A stretch of 64,000 nucleotides of DNA from Meiothermus sp. (GCF_025056915.1 NZ_JANWVH010000002.1:1024-65023), one strand, 5' to 3'; positions 29,192-38,432 are shown, counted from the first letter of the stretch. Numbers and translations are program-made. Notes: generated by a model not told the origin, from the letters alone.

Positions 29192-29788
29192 ATGAACGTA
29201 CTGATTATCCACGCGCATCCCAATCCTGATTCGTTCAATGCGGCCCTGCGGGATACGGCGGTTCGAACCCTGAGCCGTGAGGGACACAGTATTTTGCTCT
29301 CAGACCTCTACACCATGCACTTCAACCCGGTGCTGAGCGCCCAGGAGCTTCAGGGCGATTTGCAGGAGATAGAGCCCGAGATGGACAAGGTACGCCGGGC
29401 CGACCTGCTGCTGTTTCAGTTTCCCAACTGGTGGTACGGGATGCCCGCCATCATGAAAGGCTGGATAGACCGGGTGTTTGCCTTTGGCTTTGCCTACGAC
29501 GATGAGCATTCTTTTGAAAATGGCCTCTTGAAGGGCAAAAAGGCCATGCTGAGTCTGACCGTGGGGGCCCGCGCAGACTACTACCGCGAGGCCCCCCAGC
29601 GCGACCTGATGCGGGTGCTCGAGCCCATCCACTACGGCATCCTGGCCTACTGCGGCCTGGAGGTGCTGCCTCCCTTCATTGCCTACGGGCCCGGAGAGAT
29701 GAGCGAGGCCGAGCGCAAAGCCACCCTCGAGGCCTTCCGCGAACACCTGCAAAACCTGCCGAAGCTCACCCCCCTCCGCTTCAGCTAA
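29192..29788 (+). CDS. NAD(P)H-dependent oxidoreductase (flavodoxin-2/NQO-like)
   Basis: HAHPNPDSFN, SDLY, QFPNWWYGMPAIMKGWIDRVF. Confidence 0.9.
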   Translation: MNVLIIHAHPNPDSFNAALRDTAVRTLSREGHSILLSDLYTMHFNPVLSAQELQGDLQEIEPEMDKVRRADLLLFQFPNWWYGMPAIMKGWIDRVFAFGFAYDDEHSFENGLLKGKKAMLSLTVGARADYYREAPQRDLMRVLEPIHYGILAYCGLEVLPPFIAYGPGEMSEAERKATLEAFREHLQNLPKLTPLRFS

Positions 29789-29817
29789 ACTTCAGCCGGG
29801 GCCCCTAGGCTAAAGCC

Positions 29818-30849
29818 ATGCACCGCCGCACCGTCCTCAAGGGTCTCGCTGCCTGGGTGGCCTCGAGGGGGTTCGCCCACGCAGCCCAGCCCAACAACCC
29901 CCTGTTTCACCAGCGAGCCGCCGCCTATTCCGCCCAAAACCGGGGCCTTGCCCTTTTGGTGATGGTGGACGGCCAGATTGTGTTCGAGGACTACCCCGGA
30001 AGAGGCAGCCCGACCCGCGCCCACGAACTCGCCAGCGGCACCAAAAGCTTTTGTGGGGTGATGGCGGTGGCGGCAGCACAGGACGGGCTGCTCGTGCTGG
30101 ACGAGCCGCTGGCCCAGACCCTGACCGAGTGGCAGAACGACCCCCTGCGCTCGCAAATCACCCTGAGCCAGCTCCTGCACCTGACCAGCGGCATTCCCGG
30201 CGGCCCCCTGGCCCGCCCCCCGACCTATCAGGCCGCCATTCAAACCCCTGCCGAGGCCCCCCCCGACACGCGGTTTTCCTACGGCCCCATTCCCTTTCAG
30301 ATTTTTGGCGAGTTCATGCGGCGAAAACTGAAGGGCGACCCCCTTCGCTACCTGGAGCGGCGCATTTTTGAGCCGATTGGCCTCGAGTACGCCTTCTGGC
30401 GCCGGGGGCCCGACGGCCACCCCCACCTGCCCTCCGGGGCTTTCCTGACCGCGCGCAACTGGGCCCGGTTTGGAGAGCTGCTGCGAAACCAGGGGGTCTG
30501 GCAGGGACAGCGCCTTCTGGATGCTGGGCTTTTGGAGAGGTGCTTCGAACCCTCAAGGGTCAACCCCATCTACGGCCTGACCTGGTGGCTGGGCCGCCCC
30601 ATCAGCCCGGCGCAGCGGGCCGCCATTGGGCGGGTGGGGCGGGAGATTGACGCGCTGGGGGGTACCCCGGGCCTGCCCGACGACCTGGCGGTTGCGGCGG
30701 GAGCCGGCGACCAGCGGCTCTACCTCAGCCGCCAGCTCCGACTGGTGGTGGTCCGGCAGGCCGAGGGCATTGTCGAAAGCCTTGCTGGGCGTCGAACCGC
30801 TTTTTCAGACGCCACATTTCTGCGCCTCTTGCTGACCGGCCAGCCCTGA
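29818..30849 (+). CDS. Serine hydrolase (beta-lactamase-related) with Tat signal peptide
   Basis: SxxK in ASGTKSF, QLLHLTSG, FSY, YGLTWW, AAG; N-terminal MHRRTVLK...AHA. Confidence 0.85.
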   Translation: MHRRTVLKGLAAWVASRGFAHAAQPNNPLFHQRAAAYSAQNRGLALLVMVDGQIVFEDYPGRGSPTRAHELASGTKSFCGVMAVAAAQDGLLVLDEPLAQTLTEWQNDPLRSQITLSQLLHLTSGIPGGPLARPPTYQAAIQTPAEAPPDTRFSYGPIPFQIFGEFMRRKLKGDPLRYLERRIFEPIGLEYAFWRRGPDGHPHLPSGAFLTARNWARFGELLRNQGVWQGQRLLDAGLLERCFEPSRVNPIYGLTWWLGRPISPAQRAAIGRVGREIDALGGTPGLPDDLAVAAGAGDQRLYLSRQLRLVVVRQAEGIVESLAGRRTAFSDATFLRLLLTGQP

Positions 30850-31000
30850 TACCGGTCCTCTCCGGCCAATCCACTCCAGATGTGCGAAGCGCTCCATCAT
30901 CCGGCAAACCCCCGAAGCAGCCAGGTTCACCGCGATGGATGGTTTGGGCCAGACCTTCAGCCAGTGGAAGCTTGTGGCTTCCAAATCAGTATGAATCGTC

Positions 31001-31579
31001 ATGCGATACACTGCGCTCGTGACGCAAGGTGAAGTACGCGAAATGGTCTGGAGCGCCCTGGCGCAGCACCGGGCCGCCACCTACCCCACCCCGCCCCACG
31101 GACACCATCCCAATTTCGTGGGGGCCAGCCGGGCCGCCGAGCGCTTGATGGGCCTGAAACTCTGGCAACAGGCCAGGGTGGTGCTTTCCGGCCCGGATCA
31201 GGTGCTCAAGCCCTTGCGGGAGGCTGCGCTAAAGTCGGGCAAACTGGTGCTCATGCCCCACCCGGACAAAGCCGGGCGGTATCTGAGCCTGGAGGGCCTC
31301 CTGCCCCATCAGCTCAAGCGGGTGCGGGAAGTTGCCCAGCTGGGCAAACCCATAGAACTAAGCCTGACCGCCATTGACCTGGTTTTGGTGGGCTGCGTGG
31401 CCGTGGACGAAGAGCGCAACTGGATTGGCAAGGGCTACGGTTTTCCCTACAAAGACCTCCAGGTGGCCGCCCCCTGGGCCACCCTGGCCCATACCCTGAT
31501 GGTTTTTGACAAACTGCCCTGCCCACCGGAGCGTACGGTAGACCTGGTGGCCACCCCCCATCAGGTGATGGGCGCTTGA
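31001..31579 (+). CDS. 5-formyltetrahydrofolate cyclo-ligase-family protein (paralogue-like)
   Basis: PNFVGASRAA, IDLVLVGCVAVD, IGKGYGF, VDLVATP. Confidence 0.7.
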   Translation: MRYTALVTQGEVREMVWSALAQHRAATYPTPPHGHHPNFVGASRAAERLMGLKLWQQARVVLSGPDQVLKPLREAALKSGKLVLMPHPDKAGRYLSLEGLLPHQLKRVREVAQLGKPIELSLTAIDLVLVGCVAVDEERNWIGKGYGFPYKDLQVAAPWATLAHTLMVFDKLPCPPERTVDLVATPHQVMGA

Positions 31580-31715
31580 ACGACTCGGTTCTTTTTGTGG
31601 TTTTCCCACGCGTGAGGCACGGGTTTGCGCACATCCAAAAGCCGCGCCGCCCATCTCCGCCCCAGAGCCGGCCCCCACAACCGACCCTAGACGATAGACC
31701 ATTGACAATGAATCG

Positions 31716-32111
31716 CTAGCCCTCCCCCAACCCCCATATCGCCGCAGGCGCCAGCTCGACCAGGTTTCCGGCGGGATCGCGCACGTACAGGCTTTGGCCC
31801 GCTTTCCACTTGGCCCAGGTGACAGCGTAGCCGTGGGCCTCGAGGCGTGCGGCCCAGCCGGGCAGCTCCTCGGCGGCCACGCGAAAGCATACATGCACGC
31901 TGCCCGCGGCGCCGTGCGGCGGCAGGGCGGTTTCCTGCCGGGTGGCTTCGGGGTTGAAGACCAGAAAGACCCCTGACCCGGTACGAAAAAACAGATGCCG
32001 CCCCGGCTGCTCGGCGAAAAGCTCGAGGCCCAGCAACCCCTGGTAGAAGCTTTTGGCCGCTTCCAGGTCGGGCGCGTACAGGCAGGTCTCGAGCACCCCC
32101 GCAATCTTCAT
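31716..32111 (-). CDS. VOC/glyoxalase family protein
   Basis: LETCLYAPDLEAAKSFY, HVCF, SLYVRDPAGNLVEL. Confidence 0.88.
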   Translation of the reverse strand: MKIAGVLETCLYAPDLEAAKSFYQGLLGLELFAEQPGRHLFFRTGSGVFLVFNPEATRQETALPPHGAAGSVHVCFRVAAEELPGWAARLEAHGYAVTWAKWKAGQSLYVRDPAGNLVELAPAAIWGLGEG

Positions 32112-32122
32112 CTAAACCCTCG

Positions 32123-33628
32123 CTAAACCCGCCGATTGGCTCTGGCCAGGGCACTCAGTCCGGCGGCCAGGCCGGGCTCGAGGGCCTTTTCGGCATAGCG
32201 CCAGGCCCAGTTGCCCCCCAGCCTGCCGGGGAAGTTCATCCGGGCTTCGGGGCCCAGCCCCAGCACATCCTGCAAAGGCACCACTGCCAGCCGGGCCGGG
32301 CTCTTGAAGGCCAGCTCAATCAAGGCCCCGGCCACCTCGTACTCCGACAGACAGCGAACCCCAGAGCGGGCCAGGTAGTCGCGCATAAAGGCCCGTTCGG
32401 CCTCGGGGGCAGTGCGGAACCACCCTAAGCTGGTGTCGTTGTCGTGGGTTCCGCTGTACACAATCACGTTGCCGTGCGGGGGGTAGTTGTGCGGCAGGAA
32501 CACATTGGTTTCATCGGAAAAAGCAAACTGCAAAATTTTCATGCCGGGAAAACCAAAACCATCGCGCAGGGCCTCCACTTCAGGCGTAATGACCCCCAGG
32601 TCTTCGGCCACAATCGGGGCCTCCCCCAGCAGAGCCCGCACCGCCTGGAAGAGCTTCTCGCCCGGCGCCTTGACCCACCGGCCTTTCACGGCATTGGGCA
32701 TGCCAAAAGGAATTTCCCAGTAGGCTTCAAAACCCCGAAAGTGGTCAATGCGTACCAGGTGGCACTGCTTGAGCGCCTGTCGGATACGGGAAATCCACCA
32801 GGCAAAGTTCTCCTGCTCCATCACTTCCCAGCGGTACAGCGGGTTGCCCCAGAGCTGGCCGGTTTCGGAGAAGTAGTCGGGCGGTACACCCGCCACCACG
32901 GTGGGGTTGCCACTGGCATCGAGGTAGAAATACCTCTGGTTGGCCCACACATCGGAGGAGTCGAAGGCCACAAAAATGGGCATATCTCCAATAATCCGAA
33001 TGCCTCTGGACTCGGCATAGGTCTTGGTCTTGTCCCATTCGCTGTAAAACAACCACTGCACCCACTCGTGCAAAGCCACCTCATAGGCCAGCTCTTCGCG
33101 GGCTTTGGCCAGGGCTGCGGGTTTGCGGTCGCGCAGCTCGGGGCTCCACTCGTTCCAGGGTTTGCCGCCAAAACGGGTCTTGAGGGCCATAAAAAGAGCA
33201 AAGTCTTCCAGCCAGGACTGCTCGGCCTGTATAAAAGCCTCCAGCATGGCTTTGTCCTGCTCGGTAGCCCGGGCCAAAAACCCGGTGAAAGCCCGCCGCA
33301 GCAGGGGCCAGCGGGTCTCATAAAGCCAGCCGTAGTTCACACTGTCGGCAGGATACTGCGGGGGCTCTTCGGTTTTTTCCAGCCAACCCTTTTCTATGAG
33401 CATTTCCGGGTCAACCAGATAGGGGTTCCCGGCGAACGCCGAAAAAGACTGATAGGGCGAGTCGCCGTAGCTGGTGGGGCCCAGCGGCAAGACCTGCCAC
33501 CACTTAGCCCCGGCAGAAGCCAACCAGTCTAAAAACTGCTCAGCGGCACGGCCCAAAGCCCCAATCCCCCATCGGCCCGGAAAGCTGGTGGGATGGAGCA
33601 AAATCCCAAACGAGCGCTCAATTTGCAT
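32123..33628 (-). CDS. malQ: 4-alpha-glucanotransferase (amylomaltase, GH77)
   Basis: GILLHPTS, QVLPLGP, DSPY, GDMPIFV, GQLWGNP, RIDHFRGF, AEDLG, GTHDNDT. Confidence 0.97.
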   Translation of the reverse strand: MQIERSFGILLHPTSFPGRWGIGALGRAAEQFLDWLASAGAKWWQVLPLGPTSYGDSPYQSFSAFAGNPYLVDPEMLIEKGWLEKTEEPPQYPADSVNYGWLYETRWPLLRRAFTGFLARATEQDKAMLEAFIQAEQSWLEDFALFMALKTRFGGKPWNEWSPELRDRKPAALAKAREELAYEVALHEWVQWLFYSEWDKTKTYAESRGIRIIGDMPIFVAFDSSDVWANQRYFYLDASGNPTVVAGVPPDYFSETGQLWGNPLYRWEVMEQENFAWWISRIRQALKQCHLVRIDHFRGFEAYWEIPFGMPNAVKGRWVKAPGEKLFQAVRALLGEAPIVAEDLGVITPEVEALRDGFGFPGMKILQFAFSDETNVFLPHNYPPHGNVIVYSGTHDNDTSLGWFRTAPEAERAFMRDYLARSGVRCLSEYEVAGALIELAFKSPARLAVVPLQDVLGLGPEARMNFPGRLGGNWAWRYAEKALEPGLAAGLSALARANRRV

Positions 33629-33661
33629 AGTAAGACCAGTCTATCCCACCTGGGCACAGGA

Positions 33662-33675
33662 TGGAAGCGCTTCTA
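33662..33675. promoter_or_regulatory. LacI-family operator-like site upstream of malQ (TGGAAGCGCTTCTA)
   Basis: 14-bp quasi-palindrome with central CG, 33 nt upstream of the start. It overlaps the -35 position of a promoter whose -10 is TAGACT (33638-33643). Confidence 0.65.
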
Positions 33676-33779
33676 CAGCGGAAGACACCCCATGCCTCTC
33701 TTCCTGAAGAAGCACATCATGCAATCAGACTTCTGGCCAAGCCTGCCCTTATACCAAATCTACGACGAGGTAACACATA

Positions 33780-33973
33780 TCGCGCTCTTCACAGACGTGG
33801 CCGCCCACGAAAACGAGAAGGGACAAAGAGACGTGCCTCACCTCGGTGAGGCACGCTTAACTGCGTTCTGTCTGGGCCGAGACGCATGTGTTCGAGTTTC
33901 CAGGCGGCCACTGTTCTGTTCAGAACCAGGCGTTCTCGAACTCGAGTGGCTTTAAATATTGTGAAGAGCGCCC
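33780..33973 (+). mobile_element. MITE-like repeat family 1, full-length 194-bp copy, TA-flanked
   Basis: TA(33778-9)|TCGCGCTCTTCACA...TGTGAAGAGCGCCC|TA(33974-5). Confidence 0.88.
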
Positions 33974-35313
33974 TAGTCGGCAGCCGCCCCCACCACGCCC
34001 AGGGCTTCATCCACCAGGGCTAGGCCCTCTTCAATCACGTCCAGGCCGTATTTTAGCTCCTCGCGGTTGATGACCAGGGGTGGGCAGACCCAGAGCATGT
34101 TGAAGCGGCTGAAGGCGTAGATATGCCTGGACTTGAGGTAGCCCGCCAGCTTTTGCATCTCGGGCGAGGTGCCGTTGAAGGTGGACAGGGGCTATTTGGT
34201 GGCCTTGTCCCTGACCAGCTCGAGCACGCTGAAAAGCCCGATATAGCGCACATCACCCACACAGGCGTACTTCTTGCGCATGGCCTCGAGGCGCTCGCCT
34301 AGGTACCGGCCCTGTTCCTCGGTGTTTTCAAACAGGCGCTCCTCCTCGTAAACCGAGAGGTTGGCCACCGCAGCGGCGCAGGAGACCGGGTGGCCGGAGT
34401 AGGTCAGGCCCCCCCAGAGCATGTGGTCTTCGAAGAAGTCGGCAATCGGCTTGGAGACAATCACCGCCCCCAGGGGCATGTAGCCGCTGGTCAGGCCCTT
34501 GGCGCAGGTCACGATATCCGGCATGATGCCGTAGTGCTGCGTGGAAAGCCACTTGCCGGTGCGGCCAAAACCGCTCATCACCTCGTCGGTGATGAGCAGG
34601 ATGCCGTACTTGTCGCACAAGGCCCGCAGCTTGGGGTAGTAGTCGTCCGGGGGCACCAATAGCCCGTTGGAGCCGGTGATGCCCTCGACCATGATGGCCG
34701 CAATGGTGTGGGGGCCTTCCATCTGGATGATTTCCTCGATGTGGCTCACGCACTCCCGCCGGCAGCTGTCCGGGGTCTTTCCGAAGGGACAGCGGTAGCA
34801 GTAGGGGTCGAAAGCCCGCACAATGCTGGGAATGCCCGGCTCCACCGGCCAGCGCCGGGGGTCGCCCGAGGCGGTCATGGAACCCATGGTGGCCCCGTGG
34901 TAGCTGCGGTAGCGGGTGATGATTTTGTCGCGGCCCGTGTAGAGGCGGGCTATCTTCATGGCGTTTTCGTTGGCCTCGGCCCCCCCCAGGCAGAAGAACG
35001 ACTTGGCCAGCCCCGTGACCTCAGCGAGTTTCCGGCCCAGTTGTCCTCTGGGCTCGGTGGCAAAGCTGGGGCCTGCAAAGCAGAGTTCGTCCACCTGCTT
35101 CTTGATGGCCTCGAGCACCTTAGGGTGCTGGTGCCCCACGTTGATGTTGATGAGCTGGCTGCTAAAGTCCAGCCACTTGTTCCCCTCGCCGTCCCAGAAC
35201 CACACCCCTTGCGAGCGAACCATGTGGATGGGGTTCGAGGTGCTCTGCACCGACCACGAAAACAAGGTGTAGTCGCGGTTCTCCTGGATAACTTCCTTGG
35301 ATGTGCGTTCCAC
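33973..35313 (-). pseudogene. Class III (omega-amino acid) PLP aminotransferase interrupted by an in-frame TAG
   Basis: GTG 35313 after AGGAGG; DFSSQL, YRSYHG, DEVMSGFGRTG, CAKG. TAG at 34192-34194 is followed in frame by PLSTFNGTSPEMQ...CPPLVI...AAAD. Confidence 0.8.
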
Positions 35314-35577
35314 GCTGAGCCTCCTTCTTGGCTTTGTGATTATGGTAGGGCCGCACCCCACCCCATGCAATGGACAATATGTCCAAGAGTCATAAGGATT
35401 TCTTAGCTTTCAAAAAATCTTTTTCAAACTTAAAAGCAAGTCCCGGCGGTCAGTGGCTAAAAGAACCGTCGGGGCCAAGCCTGGGGCAGCTAGAAATCTC
35501 GGTTGTGCTGTTCGGAGCATGAAATATTGACCCATGAGCGCATCTTGCAAAAGGCCCCGTCCGGCCAACCCTTCATA

Positions 35578-35770
35578 TCGCGCTCTTCACAGACGTGGCC
35601 GCCTATGAAAACAAGAAGGGACAAAGAGACGTGCATCACCTAGGTAAGACACGCTTGTCTGCGTTGCGTCTGGGCCGAGACGCATGTTTTCAAGTTTCCA
35701 GGCCGCCACTGTGCTGTTCAGAACCAGGCTTTCTCGAACTCGAATGGCACATAATATGCGAAGAGCGCTC
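35578..35770 (+). mobile_element. MITE-like repeat family 1, 193-bp copy, TA-flanked
   Basis: TA(35576-7)|TCGCGCTCTTCACA...TGCGAAGAGCGCTC|TA(35771-2). Confidence 0.87.
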
Positions 35771-36804
35771 TAGCTGCTGCGCAACGGGTTGGGCGTCAGC
35801 TTCAGCTCGATTTTTAGAATCTGGCTGCCCCGGCGAATCGTCAGGGTCACGCTCTCGCCCACCTCTTTGCTGCGGATGTACCTTTGCAGGGCGGTGACAT
35901 CGTTGAAGGCCCGGCCATCGGCCTCGAGGATCACGTCAAAATCGTAGACTTCCTGGCCGTTTTCGCGGCGAACCACAAAACCGCGCAGACCGGCCCGCTC
36001 GGCGGCCCCCCCGCGCAGCAATCCGCGAATCAAAACGCCTTCTTTGGGGATGCGCAGGGTGGCAGCCGTTTCGTCGTCAATCTGGAAAAGCTGCACACCA
36101 ATGTAGGGCACATCGCGTTTGCGACCCGCCTGGAGCTGGCTTATCACCTCGCTCAGCCCCAGCAGGGGCGACAAATAGCTCTCAAAAACGCCGTTGGGCT
36201 GGCCAATCGCCACCACCACGGCAACCACCTTTCCGGCCTGGTTGAGCACCGGGCCGCCCGAGTCGCCGGGCGCCAGGGGGATGGTCGTGGAGATGGCAAT
36301 GGAGTTGAAGAAGGGGAAAATGTCCCGCTCAACGGTATTGACCAGGCCGTAGCGCGGCGCAATGAAGGCCCCCCTCGAGTTTCCAATCGCCAGCAATGGT
36401 TCACCCGCGCGGGGGCCCTGCTCGGTCTCGAGGGTCAGAAAGGGCACCGGGGCGTTGACCCGGGCCCGCAAAATGGCGATATCGCGGAACTCATCGTAGC
36501 CCAACAGCTCGGCAGGGAACGATTCGTTCCTGGAGTTGACCACCCGAACACTGCGGGTGTCCTCGATCACGTGGTATGCGGTCATGACCAGCCCATCGGC
36601 GCTGATAAAAAAGCCGGAGCCCGTGCCTTCGGGAACCGTTTCAATGCGAAGCGCTGCCGGCAGGGCGCGGGTGTAGACCGGCTCGAGGGCGCTCCGCATC
36701 TCGGCGCTCAGGGTGCGGGGGGTCTGTACCGGCTGTGCGTGAATCACCGCAGCCAGTGTGCCGAGGTAGGCCAATACCACGAAAATCAACCAGGAACGCC
36801 GCAT
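35770..36804 (-). CDS. HtrA/DegP-like trypsin serine protease with PDZ domain
   Basis: N-terminal signal/TM, GTGSGF, TAYHV, DIAIL, PGDSGGP, PYIGV PDZ start; RBS AGGAG. Confidence 0.9.
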   Translation of the reverse strand: MRRSWLIFVVLAYLGTLAAVIHAQPVQTPRTLSAEMRSALEPVYTRALPAALRIETVPEGTGSGFFISADGLVMTAYHVIEDTRSVRVVNSRNESFPAELLGYDEFRDIAILRARVNAPVPFLTLETEQGPRAGEPLLAIGNSRGAFIAPRYGLVNTVERDIFPFFNSIAISTTIPLAPGDSGGPVLNQAGKVVAVVVAIGQPNGVFESYLSPLLGLSEVISQLQAGRKRDVPYIGVQLFQIDDETAATLRIPKEGVLIRGLLRGGAAERAGLRGFVVRRENGQEVYDFDVILEADGRAFNDVTALQRYIRSKEVGESVTLTIRRGSQILKIELKLTPNPLRSS

Positions 36805-36918
36805 TGAAGGACTCCTGTTCGTGCGCCAGGGCGCAGCTATGAAAAATAGAGTAGCTTATTGGCCCAGAATTTCGATATCGGAACGCACACTTTTTCCTCT
36901 CATCTGCCCCGCAATTCA

Positions 36919-36942
36919 AACCCCCTTCAACCGAAGGGGGTT
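36919..36942 (-). terminator. Intrinsic terminator downstream of malE
   Basis: 10-bp stem aacccccttc/gaagggggtt with a 4-nt loop, followed by T-rich sequence on the minus strand. Confidence 0.6.
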
Positions 36943-36985
36943 CTGGCCAGGGTTCACGCCTTCGCACCTTTCGCGGTGGGACGTA

Positions 36986-37087
36986 GAACGCTCTTCACAT
37001 ATTGTGAGCCATTCGAGTTTGAGAAAGCCTGGTTCTGAACAGAACAGTGGCCGCCTGGATGGGCGGCCACGTCTGTGAAGGGCGCGA
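36986..37087 (-). mobile_element. MITE-like repeat family 1, 102-bp short variant
   Basis: TA|GAACGCTCTTCACA...TGTGAAGGGCGCGA|TG; same deletion junction as 6191-6292. Confidence 0.82.
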
Positions 37088-37150
37088 TGAACTTTTCAGC
37101 GCAGCAATGGCGGCTGTAGCGGGGACTCGGGGAATCGCCGTGAGTGCTGT

Positions 37151-38353
37151 TTATCGGCCCGAAAGACCCCGGTTAATTTCATTGACCATGGCCGTCACAA
37201 TCTGGGCCACGTTGGTGTCGGCCTTTTGAACCGCCTGCGAAAGGGCGTTCCCCCAGGGCCCCCAGACCTTGCCCATCTCCGGGATGTTGGGCATGGGCGA
37301 ACCCAGGGCAATGGTGGCCGAGAAGCCCGCCACCACTGGGTCGTTGCGCAGTTGCTGAACGGCTTGCTTGGAAACCGGCAGACGGCCACCGGCCTTGTTG
37401 AAGGCAATCTGGTTCTGGGTGCTGACCAGCAGCTTGGCGAAGTTGGCGGCGGCGGTCTTGTTGCGCGAGTAGGCGTTCATGGCCACGCCCTGCACCCCCA
37501 CAAACGGACGCCACTGCCCACCACCTGGGGGGTTGGGCAAGGGGGCAATGCCAAAGTCAATGTTGGCCTTCTTGTAGTCGCCAATCGCCCAGGGGCCATT
37601 GAGAATCATGGCCAGGGCTCCCTCTTTGAAAGCACTGTCGGCCACGCCGTAATCCACACCCTCGGGAATCAGGCGGTAGCGGTAGCGCAAGTCTTTGATG
37701 AAGCTGACCGCGCGGTTGCCCGCCTCACCCCCCAGCCGGGTCTGGCTCGCGTCCACCCCCTGGGCCGTGCGACCGAACACCGAGGCGCCAAAAGCGGTAA
37801 ACCAGCCGTAGTTGAAGTAGGGGTTGCCCAGGTCGTAGAGGAAGCCGAAGGAATTGCCCTTGGTGTTGTCCTGGGCAATTTTTAGAAACTCGTCCCAGGT
37901 CTTGGGAGCTTCCTTGACCAGCTTCTTGTTGTAGATAAGGGCCACCGACTCGGCAAACATGGGCAGCGCGAAGAGCTGGTTGCGGAAGGTGAGGGCTTCC
38001 ACCGCTACATCCGAGAGGCCTTGCAAATAACTGCTGGTGGCGTACTTGCCCATGGGCTCGAGCACACCTGCCGCCGCCATGGCCCCCACCCAGTCGTGGG
38101 GAATGCTCACCACCAGATCGGCGGCCTGGCCTTGGGGCGCTCCAAGGATGAACTTGTTCTGGATATCGCCAAAGGGCACCTCGACAATCTCCACCTGGGT
38201 TCCGCTGCTCTTGCTAAAGCTGGCCGCGGTTTGCTTGAGCCAGGCCAGTTCAGGGCCCCCGTAGTGCGTCCAGACCGTCAGCTTGCCCTGCGCCATAGCC
38301 GAGCCCAGCATACCCAGGGCCGCTACGGCTGCGATCAGTAGACCTTTTTTCAT
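37151..38353 (-). CDS. malE: Maltose/maltodextrin ABC transporter substrate-binding protein
   Basis: Signal peptide, GQAADL, PHDW, ALPMFAESVALIYNK, MILNGPW, RPFVGVQG, MPNIPEMGKVW. Confidence 0.88.
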   Translation of the reverse strand: MKKGLLIAAVAALGMLGSAMAQGKLTVWTHYGGPELAWLKQTAASFSKSSGTQVEIVEVPFGDIQNKFILGAPQGQAADLVVSIPHDWVGAMAAAGVLEPMGKYATSSYLQGLSDVAVEALTFRNQLFALPMFAESVALIYNKKLVKEAPKTWDEFLKIAQDNTKGNSFGFLYDLGNPYFNYGWFTAFGASVFGRTAQGVDASQTRLGGEAGNRAVSFIKDLRYRYRLIPEGVDYGVADSAFKEGALAMILNGPWAIGDYKKANIDFGIAPLPNPPGGGQWRPFVGVQGVAMNAYSRNKTAAANFAKLLVSTQNQIAFNKAGGRLPVSKQAVQQLRNDPVVAGFSATIALGSPMPNIPEMGKVWGPWGNALSQAVQKADTNVAQIVTAMVNEINRGLSGR

Positions 38354-38418
38354 GTTCTCCTCCTCGTTTCAAGCCATGCCCGGGGCCATACCCGGGATTT
38401 GAGCCACGACGGCAGTTA

Positions 38419-38432
38419 TGGCAGCGTTTCCA
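38419..38432. promoter_or_regulatory. LacI-family operator-like site upstream of malE (TGGCAGCGTTTCCA)
   Basis: Quasi-palindrome with central CG, 65 nt upstream of the ATG. Confidence 0.6.

Noticed and set aside
33593-33955. Short ORFs containing ALFTDVAAH...FCSEPGFLELEW (also near 6018, 20641, 35595 and 47756)
   Set aside because: These are translations of the MITE-like repeat, which is open in one frame. There are no consistent starts, so they are likely annotation artefacts.
34192-34194. Pyrrolysine or programmed recoding of the amber codon
   Set aside because: No pyl genes or recoding signal are seen, and the homologous residue is an ordinary Glu. Nonsense mutation or error is simpler.
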